Shown here in pieces: positions 18,859 to 27,390 of a stretch of 33,354 nucleotides of DNA (the first letter of the stretch is position 1; every line of letters begins with the position of its first letter). The DNA comes from Candidatus Bathyarchaeia archaeon. GTDB taxonomy: Archaea; Thermoproteota; Bathyarchaeia; Bathyarchaeales; Bathycorpusculaceae. The translations under genes and the position numbers were made by a program. The stretch spans positions 1 to 33,354 of the forward strand of contig JBEKGO010000028.1 of assembly GCA_050012755.1 (NCBI GenBank), written 5' to 3'. The notes beneath the pieces are model-generated. The model worked only from the letters and a program-made list of their open reading frames with translations. It did no database searches and was not told where the DNA came from.

Positions 18859-19796
18859 TATATTTTTCTGGATATTCTAGTTATGGCATATAAAGTAATA
18901 GCAGTCGACAACATAAAGAACCCAATGAGAATAAACGCAATTGAAGCCAAAGCAATATTCGTCTCAATCTCATGATGCAAAGCATAAACCTGTAACATCC
19001 ACACTCCGAATCCTATACCAGCGAACAAGGACACCAAACTAGGAAGACCCAGCATTAATAATGGTCTTTCTTCAACAATAAGACGGACTAACGACATGAC
19101 TACGCCAATGCCATGAGTTACAGCATGCTCGGAAGAGGTGGCGACGTCACCATTATTATATTTGCAAGTGCAAGGAACCTCAACAATACTCAGATTATGA
19201 TCGCTGGCTTTAAGCAATATCTCAACGCTAGCTCCCATGCCATCCTCGAAAAAGTTAAGGCACTCCAGTGCTCGACGATTATAAGCTCTAAAACCGCTTT
19301 GGGCGTCGGTAACACCGTTCTTTGATGAACCATTAACCAGCTTAGTAATCAGTTTGGCACCTAGTTGCCTGTATCGGGGCATCTCATCTGTTCCATGTAC
19401 ATTAACAAATCGGCTGCCAATCACCACATCAGCCGTGCCCTCCAAAATGGGTTTTATAACGCATGGAATCTCGCTAGGCGTATGTTGCCCATCGGCATCT
19501 AAAGTAACAAAAACGTCAGCGTGCAACTCATGGGCACGAATAAACAGACTCTTAATAGATGCACCGTAACCTCCATTTTTATCGTGCCTGATCACATCGG
19601 CTCCTAAACCTTCCGCAATCTTTGCCGTATAATCAGTAGAGCCATCGTCACAAACAATAACTTTGCCAACAAACTTTTGCGCGTCCAAAATTACCCGGGC
19701 AATGGTGTGTTCCTCGTTAAATGCTGGTATGCCAACAACAACGAATGGTTTTGTTTCAGTGAGCGCGCCTACTTCAATCGCTTCTATTTCTACCAT
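18858..19796 (-). CDS. GT2 polyprenol/dolichol-phosphate glycosyltransferase (DPM1-like) with two C-terminal TM helices
   Basis: IPAFNEE, VCDDGSTD, LDADGQH, VIGSRF and DAQSGFRAY, followed by two hydrophobic helices. Confidence 0.92.
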   Translation of the reverse strand: MVEIEAIEVGALTETKPFVVVGIPAFNEEHTIARVILDAQKFVGKVIVCDDGSTDYTAKIAEGLGADVIRHDKNGGYGASIKSLFIRAHELHADVFVTLDADGQHTPSEIPCVIKPILEGTADVVIGSRFVNVHGTDEMPRYRQLGAKLITKLVNGSSKNGVTDAQSGFRAYNRRALECLNFFEDGMGASVEILLKASDHNLSIVEVPCTCKYNNGDVATSSEHAVTHGIGVVMSLVRLIVEERPLLMLGLPSLVSLFAGIGFGVWMLQVYALHHEIETNIALASIAFILIGFFMLSTAITLYAITRISRKI

Positions 19797-19903
19797 TGTC
19801 CTTTCGTTCCTTGCTAGCCCAGAATATACTCAGTGTCTATTGTATAGTCAAAGATAAAAAACTATGCAACCCAAGATTGCTTGTTTCATCTTCAAGATCA
19901 ATG

Positions 19904-20074
19904 CTATTGGTTGAATCCATGATTAGGTGGCACCGTTTTTTCGTTAAGTAAATTGCGTAAGCCTTCTTTCAATGAAACTTTAGGCGCATAACCCAAGAAT
20001 TCTTTAGCTTTAGAAATATCTGCATAACTATCCTTAATATCGCCAGGTAGCGGCAACACCAATTTAGTTCCCAT
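19904..20074 (-). pseudogene. Orphan 3' end of an SDR epimerase
   Basis: Encodes GDIKDSYADISKAKEFLGYAPKVSLKEGL, matching the C-terminus of 20842-21780 (GDIKDSYADISKAKTLLGFEPKVSLKTGL). No N-terminal domain is present. Confidence 0.8.
20003..20046. repeat. Direct repeat copy 1 (44 bp; partner at 20920-20963)
   Basis: tttagcttt[a]gaaatatctgcataactatccttaatatc[g]ccag. 42/44 identical to its partner, with a 29-bp perfect core at 20013-20041. Confidence 0.9.
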
Positions 20075-20084
20075 TAGTCTTCTT

Positions 20085-20435
20085 TTACTGCTCTTCAATC
20101 ATTTTTTTAATTATTGGTTTTAACGGCGGCAACTCAAATTTAGCGATTGCCCACAAAGATTCAGGAGTTGCATTATAATACGCATGAGCAAGTTTATTTC
20201 GTGTTTCTTTCATCCGCATCCATGTTTTCCAACGAATCTGACGATTTTCATGCTTCACTTTCCCGGGCAATTTGTCTACAGCTTCACCTATAATAATCAA
20301 ATTAGCAAAAACACCCTTTATTCGCAGTTTATCCCCTTTAAACTCTTCAAAAGAAAAACCTTTAGTGAATTCTTCAATTTCACTTATGGCGTCATAAATC
20401 TCCTGCAAATACAACTTGTAATCTCGGCTACTCAT
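20085..20435 (-). CDS. hepT: HEPN (DUF86/HepT-like) RNase toxin
   Basis: RNKLAHAY matches the R-X4-H-X-Y HEPN motif, plus IIGEA. ATGA overlap with the MNT gene. Confidence 0.88.
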   Translation of the reverse strand: MSSRDYKLYLQEIYDAISEIEEFTKGFSFEEFKGDKLRIKGVFANLIIIGEAVDKLPGKVKHENRQIRWKTWMRMKETRNKLAHAYYNATPESLWAIAKFELPPLKPIIKKMIEEQ

Positions 20436-20731
20436 ACAGCCGTCGCTTCACTAAGAATTCGATTCTTTAACGCAGGTTTCACGCTATCCTTGGGAACTAA
20501 ATCAACCTTCACGTGAAGCTTCCTTCTTAAAAAGCGCTCAGCATCTATAAGCTGCCACAAACTATACGACCCCGCAAACGTAATAAGCACGTCAACATCG
20601 CTTTTTTCCGTTTGCTCACCGCGTACATATGATCCAAAAATCTCTAAAGACGCTACTTTAAACCGTTTCTTAAGCGCAGGCATTAGCGCTTTCAGTTCTG
20701 CTCTTATTTCATCTAAAGTTCGCTCAGCCAT
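20432..20731 (-). CDS. mntA: Minimal nucleotidyltransferase (MNT) antitoxin
   Basis: FGSYVRGEQTEKSDVDV (GS-X10-DXD) and KVDLV. Start moved to the ATG at 20731 (MAERTLDEI), which follows AGGT. Confidence 0.9.
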   Translation of the reverse strand: MAERTLDEIRAELKALMPALKKRFKVASLEIFGSYVRGEQTEKSDVDVLITFAGSYSLWQLIDAERFLRRKLHVKVDLVPKDSVKPALKNRILSEATAV

Positions 20732-20841
20732 GTACCTAAACACCAAACAGAAAACTTGACAATACTGAATCGTCCATAGCATTCCTATAATCTACTAACT
20801 TATTAAAGCATAGCAAATTCAACAAACACACAACGCCAGCA

Positions 20842-21780
20842 TCATGCAACTACCTTCCCTTCAAATAACGTCTGCAAACCAGTCTTCAGAGAAACCTTAG
20901 GCTCAAAACCTAACAGCGTTTTAGCTTTTGAAATATCTGCATAACTATCCTTAATATCACCAGTTCGAGACTTTTCAAAACGAATCTCCAAGTCCAAGCC
21001 ACTCAACTCTAAAACAGTTTTAGCCAACTCGCTGATAGAAGTGGGTTTGCCTGAGCCGATGTTAAAAACTTCGCCTTCAGCCTTGCTACTTTTCATTGAA
21101 GCCAAAACTGCTTCAACAATATCATTTACATTTACAAAGTCTCTTGTTTGTGAACCGTCACCATAAATTGTTAATGGCAATCCTTTCCTGCTAAATTCAA
21201 TAAAACGCGTTATTACGCCGCTGTAATCGTTCAAGCCTTGCCTGGGACCATAAACATTAAAGAAACGCAAAACAACCGACCTCAAAAGTTTCCGCTCACT
21301 AAAGCCCAAGCAGTAACGTTCACCGATGAGCTTTGATTCAGCATAAGGCGAAATTGGATTTGTTTGTACTTCTTCATTTACGGGCGGAAACTGGGTGTCT
21401 CCGCAAACTGCGCAGCTTGAAATAAACACGAACCTGTCGATGTTCTCCTTGATGCTTGAACGGAGGAGATTCAAAGTTCCCAGAAGATTAACGTCAAAGG
21501 TCAAATCAGGATTTTCAACCGAAAAAGGCACACTGGTCAAAGCTGCAAAATGAACAACCAAATCAACAGCCTTAAGAGTTTTTTGGACAAGTGAGGCATC
21601 GCGAATATCGCCCTTTACAAAATCTATTTGCCCTGAACTCAAATATCTTTGGATATTATCTAACTTGCTATTGGACAAGTTATCAAAAACCTTTACGCGA
21701 TAGCCATCTTTGACTAATCGGTCAACCATGTGACTACCGATAAATCCAGCTCCTCCAGTAACCAAAACTTTTGTTGGCAT
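20842..21780 (-). CDS. NAD-dependent epimerase (UDP-glucose/GlcNAc 4-epimerase-like SDR)
   Basis: TGGAGFIGSH, PYAESK, LRFFNVYGPRQ and GDGSQTRDFV. Confidence 0.92.
   Translation of the reverse strand: MPTKVLVTGGAGFIGSHMVDRLVKDGYRVKVFDNLSNSKLDNIQRYLSSGQIDFVKGDIRDASLVQKTLKAVDLVVHFAALTSVPFSVENPDLTFDVNLLGTLNLLRSSIKENIDRFVFISSCAVCGDTQFPPVNEEVQTNPISPYAESKLIGERYCLGFSERKLLRSVVLRFFNVYGPRQGLNDYSGVITRFIEFSRKGLPLTIYGDGSQTRDFVNVNDIVEAVLASMKSSKAEGEVFNIGSGKPTSISELAKTVLELSGLDLEIRFEKSRTGDIKDSYADISKAKTLLGFEPKVSLKTGLQTLFEGKVVA
20920..20963. repeat. Direct repeat copy 2 (inside the epimerase 3' end)
   Basis: tttagcttt[t]gaaatatctgcataactatccttaatatc[a]ccag, 917 bp from copy 1. Confidence 0.9.
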
Positions 21781-21813
21781 AAAAATTAGTTACCGATTAA
21801 ATATTGCATAGAG

Positions 21814-22194
21814 TCATCTATTTGTGTGCATTACAGATAAGAAAAACGCGAACGATACGTCGGTAGCCCAGCTTTTAGCCGAAATGTTGCCCCATTTCTG
21901 CGCTATTAAGCTAATTTTTTCGGCTAGCGATCTACCTATTGTTCTCAAAGATTTCAGGACACTGCTTTCTAAAAGCCCTTCCAATTTGCCTACGACAGCA
22001 TAGATACTTTTGGCTAAATAGGCACTGCGGATGTTTTCTGCTACTTTTATCGTTAAATCAACAAGCACTCTATCTATCCTTGGCAAAGCTGCGAACCACA
22101 CGCCAGCGCGCATGGCTTTTGACTTAAGTCTTATCAACTGCATTCTATTTAGGAAACCGGAAGAGCCATTTTGCACTAGAGGTAAAGCCGCCAA
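21814..22194 (-). CDS. Small basic helical hypothetical protein at the head of the glycosylation cluster
   Basis: 126 aa, TTG start. The pattern KAMRAGVWF..L.RIDR..VDLTI...G..LAEKIS.IAQ.WGN..A..WA.D looks to me like a conserved archaeal hypothetical family; function unknown. Confidence 0.7.
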   Translation of the reverse strand: MAALPLVQNGSSGFLNRMQLIRLKSKAMRAGVWFAALPRIDRVLVDLTIKVAENIRSAYLAKSIYAVVGKLEGLLESSVLKSLRTIGRSLAEKISLIAQKWGNISAKSWATDVSFAFFLSVMHTNR

Positions 22195-22213
22195 TATATT
22201 TTACATTAGATTA

Positions 22214-22359
22214 ATTTACCATTCATCACTTAACCCTAAAAAGACTTTTGGTAAATGATCAAGACATTTTGCGCAAAATCTTTAGCAGTCTCAGAACTTT
22301 CTTTTGGAAAACCAAGGAAACTGGTGTGTCTATAATTTCTTGGAAGGAAATTTCTTGGT
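22214..22359. promoter_or_regulatory. Leader/promoter region with a palindrome and repeated motifs
   Basis: Perfect 14-bp palindrome ATTTTGCGCAAAAT (22266-22279); inverted pair ATTTACCA (22214) / TGGTAAAT (22249); four YTYTTGGW motifs (22245, 22301, 22337, 22352). Confidence 0.4.
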
Positions 22360-22369
22360 GATTAAGATT

Positions 22370-22412
22370 AAAAAAAATAAAGAAAGAAGGGGGTCCCTCA
22401 TTTATGTGAGGG
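22370..22412 (-). terminator. Hairpin plus U-tract terminator after the surface-protein operon
   Basis: Transcript reads CCCUCA-CAUAAA-UGAGGG directly after the stop codon, then UUCUUUCUUUA and U8. Confidence 0.75.
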
Positions 22413-22415
22413 GTT

Positions 22416-23357
22416 TTAGCTTGCGATTTTTTGACGGATTGTTATGACTGCGTAGATTGCTGCTATGGCTGCTATGAGCGAGAGGATGACTGCTACCCAT
22501 ATTCCGGCTACCCATATTGATGCTGCTGCACCTGCTGGGCCTTGTGGACCGGCTGGACCTGTTGCTCCAGTAGCACCTGTTGCTCCTGTTGCTCCGGCTG
22601 GACCTGTTGCTCCAGTAGCACCTGTTGCTCCTGTTGCTCCAGTAGCACCTGTTGCTCCTGTTGCTCCGGCTGGACCTGTTGCTCCAGTGATGGCTGGAAC
22701 TGTGAAGGTTGCAGATGCTGTGAGGCTATGTTGGTCTGTTGCGACTATTGTGTATGTTCCGCTTGTAGCTGCTAGTGCTGTGACTATGGCGACGAATGTG
22801 CCTGATGGGCTGACTGTGACTGTCTGTGGTACGGTAATCATTGGTGTGTTTGCCCAAGTTATGGTCATGGTGTCAGATGGTGTGAAGCCTGAACCGCTGA
22901 TTGTAGTTGCGAAACCTGTGCTGGGTGTCAATGTGATGGTTTGTACCACTGGAACGGATGGCGTTACAGTGTAGCTTCCACTGGCTGATGCTATTTGCGC
23001 TCCGTTGAGTGATGCGAATGCAGTAATCGGGTAGGTTCCTGTTGGTCCTAATGGGTCACTGAAATTTGTACTATACACTCCTGCTGCGTTTGTGTAGACG
23101 ATGTTGCTGTATGCGAGATTGCCAACTGAGTCATGTACGATGACACTAACAAGCATGTTAGCGCCAGCTGTCGCATTTGTTGTGTCTGTCAATGTGCCGC
23201 TAATGGTTACTACCGCCGTCTGGACATAAGTTGTATTGTCCGGAGTGGCCGATAGCGACCATACGTCCGCAAAAGCGGGCGCTATGCAGACCGTCATGGC
23301 CAGCGCCATGATCATGACTGCACAGAGGGCTATTTTGACTTGTTTTGGGCTTTTCAC
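22416..23357 (-). CDS. Membrane-anchored surface protein: signal peptide, 2 Ig-like domains, collagen (Gly-X-Y)18, C-terminal TM (SlaB-like anchor candidate)
   Basis: Signal peptide ending APAFA. The second domain matches the repeats of the 1319-aa protein (TITLTPSTG...GSGFTP...GTYTIVATD...ASATFTV). GAT/GPA triplets are followed by the [24 protein letters not shown] and RQK. AGGTGA RBS precedes the GTG start. Confidence 0.85.
   Translation of the reverse strand: MKSPKQVKIALCAVMIMALAMTVCIAPAFADVWSLSATPDNTTYVQTAVVTISGTLTDTTNATAGANMLVSVIVHDSVGNLAYSNIVYTNAAGVYSTNFSDPLGPTGTYPITAFASLNGAQIASASGSYTVTPSVPVVQTITLTPSTGFATTISGSGFTPSDTMTITWANTPMITVPQTVTVSPSGTFVAIVTALAATSGTYTIVATDQHSLTASATFTVPAITGATGPAGATGATGATGATGATGATGATGPAGATGATGATGATGPAGPQGPAGAAASIWVAGIWVAVILSLIAAIAAIYAVITIRQKIAS
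22524..22685 (-). repeat. Collagen-coding tandem repeat built from perfect 18-bp (A) and 27-bp (B) blocks
   Basis: A=ggctggacctgttgctcc and B=agtagcacctgttgctcctgttgctcc, in the order A-B-A-B-B-A across 22551-22685 with all copies identical. Confidence 0.92.
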
Positions 23358-23374
23358 GATTTGTCACCTGTTGC

Positions 23375-26300
23375 TCAAGTTACGTTGAAGACTAGAGTTG
23401 CTACGCCAAGAGGTGTTACACCGTCTGAGCCAAAGATTTGTACGCTTGCAGTCCATGTGCCTGCTGCTATGCCTGTGGGTATCAGTTGTGAGAATGACAA
23501 TGTTGTTGGGGTTGAGCTAATGCTTGCAGATGTTGTAGCTATGTTGTAAACTGCTGTTCCTTGCTGTAGAGTTACTCGCCACAAGACGTTGCCGCCGCCA
23601 ACTGTTGAATCAAGAACGAAGCTTATCTTTACGGTGGATCCGCGGGCGAATGATGTTGCTGGTTGTCCTGCACTGTTTAGTGTTTGGGCTGTGGTGCTAA
23701 GGGCTGTCTGGTCAACGATGATTCCAGTTGATGTTCCGCCGATCGCAAATATGGCTGTTGCGACGTTGTTGCTTGAGTCAATAACGGTTATTGTTTGGTT
23801 TCCTGAGAGGGCTGCGGGTATTGTAACGTATGCGATGAATTGTCCTGCAGGGTTCGGGCTTGCTGTGGATGGAATTGTGTTAACGATATTGGCGCCGACT
23901 TCGACGACTATGGCTGAGTATGGTGTGAATGCGTTTCCGATAATTTGCACTGTGGAACCGGCTGGGCCTGTAGTTGGTGTTAAGGTGATCGTTGGAGGTG
24001 TTATGGCGAAGTATGAGGTTGCATTGTTCCCTGATATGTCAGTGACTACAACCGTATTGTTTGCGACGGCTGTTAATGGCACTACGAAGTTTGTTGAAAC
24101 GGTTCCTCCTGTTCCGGTTGTTCCTGTTCCTGTAGGTATGGTTGTCAAGACACCGTTGACGGTGACACTGATTGGGGTTCCTGCAGTTGCGAAGCCTGCT
24201 CCAGTAACGTAGACAATTGTTCCTTTGAGTATGCCTGTGGCTGGTGACAACGATATTGATGGTACAACGGTAAATGTTGCGAACGCACTTCTAACTCCGT
24301 CACCAAACAGCATAGTGTATGCTCCGCCGGGTATTGATGGCACGATGAACCATGTTGTCAGGTTGTAAGCGTTTGCTCCTGTTGCGGAAACCGTTGTTGA
24401 GCCGAACGTGTTAGCGCCTTGTCCTAGTAAATTGGTGATGCCAAGGGTTGCTACGGAAACTGTTTGTATCCCGACGACTGTTGCGGTAACGTTTGCACCG
24501 ACTTTTGCTGAGGTTACTGAAGTGGTTACTGTTGGGGCACCGAGTATGGTGAAGGTTGCAATTGCGCTTTCAGTAGGTAATGTCAGAGTTAGGCTAACGT
24601 TGTAGACTCCTGCTGGAACCGTGGGTACTGTGAAATTAATGTTTGCTGAGGCTGAGATTCCTCCCGTCGAGTTTACAGTTATTGGAGTACTTACAGTGAG
24701 GGCTGTTACGACTGTGCTTCCTTGGAGTAATTGGGCTGATGCAACTCTGGAGCCTGGTGTGAAACCTACGCCTGTGATTCCAACTGTTCCAACTCCTGAT
24801 ATGCCTTGTGCGGCTGCTAGAGTTATGGCTGGTGCACCTAGGACTGTTAGTGTTGCAGATGCAGCGTTGCCAGCTGCGTCAACTACTGTGACGTTATATG
24901 AGCCTGGGTTTGCTGTGCTAGCAATTACTGTTCCTATGCCTGTTGGTAGGCTACCGACAGTGTTAGTTGATGGTGCTGTTGTGAGTACTGTTGCAGGTGT
25001 GACTGCTGTATTATACCAACTTGTGGCTACACTGTTAATTAATAGCGAAAGTGCTGATGATGCTGCGAATCCTGCGCCAGTGATTGAGGTTGTTCCTCCT
25101 GGTTTCACTGCGGTCGCAGTTAGCGAAACAGTTGAAGATACCGTGAATGTTGCAGTTGCAGAAGCGGTGCCTGCTGTTACTGTAATTGTGTGTGATCCAG
25201 CTACGGTTTGAGTGTCGGGGATGGCGAGCCAGTCGAGGAGTATTCCGCCGTTGGTGTTAGTACTTGTTAGACCTACACCACCAAAATACCCTGGTACGCT
25301 ACCAACTCCGGTCATCGTTGTTGTAATTGGTTGGTTCATTGGGAAATTTGAACCAGTTAGAGTGAGCATCGTTCCAAACATTCCTGTTCCTGCGATTACG
25401 CCTTTGGTAGGCGATACTGTGATTGAAGATACAGTTGTGGTGAGGCTTGCTGTTGCGGTATTGAAGTATCCGTCAGTTGCCGAAATTATGTGGGTGCCTG
25501 GAAGGAAGACTGGCACGGCAAATGTTACTACCACCGCTCCGTTAGCGAATGCTACACCTGTGGTAGGGACTGTTATGCTGTCTATGGTGAAGGATGGTAA
25601 GCTTTGGACCAGATTGTTTGCAAAACCTGAACCAACGAGTGTTACGGTTGTTCCAACAGCTGCAGAAGCCGGGGTTACAATGTTGATGGCTGGTGCGCCG
25701 GTGTTTGTGAAAGTGGCTGATGCGCCGCTAATTCCAGTTGCGGTAATTGTATGTGGCCCTGCTCCAGATGGCGGTACTGTAAACACTCCTACTGTTGATG
25801 GTGGGGTTGGCCAAGTATTTGCTGCACATTGTGTAGCTCCTGCGACGGCTGCTCCGTCAAAGTTTATGGCAGTCGTAGTTGCCGGTGTTGTGAGGAATCC
25901 AGTAAGCATTACTGTTGTTCCTTGAGCGCCTGCAATTGGTGAGATGACAAAGAAGTTTCCTGAAGAAGTTATTGTCAGAAGAACGGTTACTGTGTTGGTT
26001 CCGTCGCTAATGGTCATTGAGTAAACTCCAGATGGTGGTGCTGTGCCAGTACCTGAAGGAGCGGGTATCACTACTGAACCGCTTGCATCTGTAGTTACAA
26101 CTGGATAAGTGTTATAGACAAAAGTTGTCCATGCAGCGGGAACGCCTGGTGAACTGGTAATTGTCAACACTGAGCTAGCCTTGAACCCGGATACTGAAAG
26201 CCATGCTGCTACACCTGTAGCTCCGGCTGGTGCGTATGGTACGCCTGAGTTAACTGTTGCTGATCCAAGAGTTACGGTTGCTTGTGCAGTAATTGTGAAT

Positions 26301-27334
26301 GCGGCTGATGCTACGTCGCCAAGGCTGTCTTTGACAGTTATCAGTTGGCTTCCGGCTGCAAAGTTGGCTGTTAGTGTCGATGCGGTTACGTTGAATTGGA
26401 ACGCGGATGTGCCTTGTTCAGTTACCATTGGAGTAGCAGGGATTAATGGTGAAATTGTAGTTGGAACAGCGCCATTTCCGATCTTAACGCTGGCGAAAGA
26501 TGCGCCTGGACCAAATCCTGTTACGGTCGCTGTTACTAGCGTCCCGACTGGACCAGAAGCGGGTGATAGAGTCACTGTTGGAGTGTTGAGTGTGAAGGTG
26601 GTTAATGCACTATTGCCATAAGCATCTGTCAAATTAAATGTTGAACCTGTGACAATTGCTGGAAGGCTAACAGTTTCTGTTAATGTACCTCCATAAATGA
26701 AGTTTCCGCTCAAAGTTGTTGGTGTGCTGGTAGCAAACCCTGAGGCAACTGGTATGTTGGAGCCCGCGAAAGATGCTGCGACCGCAGCTTCATTTGGAAG
26801 CGACCAGATCACGGGAGAAGTTCCTACGCTTACTGGGAAGCCTTTTGCTGCAACAGTAACTGAAGTTCCTGCAGGACCAGTTGAGGGTGTAAGAGTCACC
26901 GTTGGCGCAGTAATCGTAAAGCTTACTGCTGGGGGAGAATTAGTTGAGTCAGAAATCTGGATTGTATGTGCACCAGGCAGAAGGTTCAGACTTCCGGCGC
27001 CTCCGATTATGAAGTATCCGGAGAGAGCACCTGTGACGCTAGTTGCGAGATATCCAGAACCAGCTAGACCAGTTGGAGTTAAGGAAGCTTTGGTTGAGAG
27101 GCCATCGACGGCAATAGTGAAGTTACCTAAACTAGCATTTTCGCTAGCTCCAAATCCGCTTCCGGTAACTTTAATGGCTGTGCCGTTAGGTCCCGAACTT
27201 GGGCTTATGTTAACGGTTGCGGCTGCAGAGGCTGTGAATGTGAGTAATGGCATTGCAATTGATACTAGTAGAATTATTGCCAATATTGATACTTTTGCTG
27301 TCAAGTGTGTTTTATGGTTTAATATACTTTTCAT
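23375..27334 (-). CDS. Large secreted Ig/IPT(TIG)-repeat surface protein, putative S-layer protein (SlaA-like)
   Basis: Signal peptide ending TASA. About 12 beta-rich repeats of ~100 aa (hxhxPxxGxxGxxVxhxGxGF...GxhxhxhxDxxGNxAxAxFT) plus a distinct C-terminal beta domain. T/A/G/S/V-rich, many N-X-S/T sequons, no TM anchor, AGGAG RBS. Confidence 0.8.
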   Translation of the reverse strand: MKSILNHKTHLTAKVSILAIILLVSIAMPLLTFTASAAATVNISPSSGPNGTAIKVTGSGFGASENASLGNFTIAVDGLSTKASLTPTGLAGSGYLATSVTGALSGYFIIGGAGSLNLLPGAHTIQISDSTNSPPAVSFTITAPTVTLTPSTGPAGTSVTVAAKGFPVSVGTSPVIWSLPNEAAVAASFAGSNIPVASGFATSTPTTLSGNFIYGGTLTETVSLPAIVTGSTFNLTDAYGNSALTTFTLNTPTVTLSPASGPVGTLVTATVTGFGPGASFASVKIGNGAVPTTISPLIPATPMVTEQGTSAFQFNVTASTLTANFAAGSQLITVKDSLGDVASAAFTITAQATVTLGSATVNSGVPYAPAGATGVAAWLSVSGFKASSVLTITSSPGVPAAWTTFVYNTYPVVTTDASGSVVIPAPSGTGTAPPSGVYSMTISDGTNTVTVLLTITSSGNFFVISPIAGAQGTTVMLTGFLTTPATTTAINFDGAAVAGATQCAANTWPTPPSTVGVFTVPPSGAGPHTITATGISGASATFTNTGAPAINIVTPASAAVGTTVTLVGSGFANNLVQSLPSFTIDSITVPTTGVAFANGAVVVTFAVPVFLPGTHIISATDGYFNTATASLTTTVSSITVSPTKGVIAGTGMFGTMLTLTGSNFPMNQPITTTMTGVGSVPGYFGGVGLTSTNTNGGILLDWLAIPDTQTVAGSHTITVTAGTASATATFTVSSTVSLTATAVKPGGTTSITGAGFAASSALSLLINSVATSWYNTAVTPATVLTTAPSTNTVGSLPTGIGTVIASTANPGSYNVTVVDAAGNAASATLTVLGAPAITLAAAQGISGVGTVGITGVGFTPGSRVASAQLLQGSTVVTALTVSTPITVNSTGGISASANINFTVPTVPAGVYNVSLTLTLPTESAIATFTILGAPTVTTSVTSAKVGANVTATVVGIQTVSVATLGITNLLGQGANTFGSTTVSATGANAYNLTTWFIVPSIPGGAYTMLFGDGVRSAFATFTVVPSISLSPATGILKGTIVYVTGAGFATAGTPISVTVNGVLTTIPTGTGTTGTGGTVSTNFVVPLTAVANNTVVVTDISGNNATSYFAITPPTITLTPTTGPAGSTVQIIGNAFTPYSAIVVEVGANIVNTIPSTASPNPAGQFIAYVTIPAALSGNQTITVIDSSNNVATAIFAIGGTSTGIIVDQTALSTTAQTLNSAGQPATSFARGSTVKISFVLDSTVGGGNVLWRVTLQQGTAVYNIATTSASISSTPTTLSFSQLIPTGIAAGTWTASVQIFGSDGVTPLGVATLVFNVT

Positions 27335-27390
27335 TTTTATTTTTTCTCCTAGTTTATATTAACGCAATAGAGGATATCGGGCATCTCGCT

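Noticed and set aside
20732-20782. N-terminal extension of the MNT ORF in the track (and likewise 28751-28831 for the RHH-like gene)
   Set aside because: Downstream ATGs have RBS-like sequences and match family or paralog lengths, and the extensions show no homology.
19904-20963. IS element or prophage call for the TA cassette
   Set aside because: No transposase, integrase or terminal inverted repeats are visible, so it is reported only as a repeat-flanked cassette.
22465-22974. Plus-strand (PVA)n ORF and the Cys-rich 77-aa ORF (22542-22775)
   Set aside because: Both are antisense readings of the collagen repeat. The apparent metallothionein- or RiPP-like Cys pattern is a frame artefact.
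23340-27362. Long plus-strand ORFs (146-237 aa) opposite the large surface protein
   Set aside because: Antisense shadows caused by the biased T/A/G/V codon usage of the real gene. They show mirrored V/P/A/T composition and no recognisable domains.
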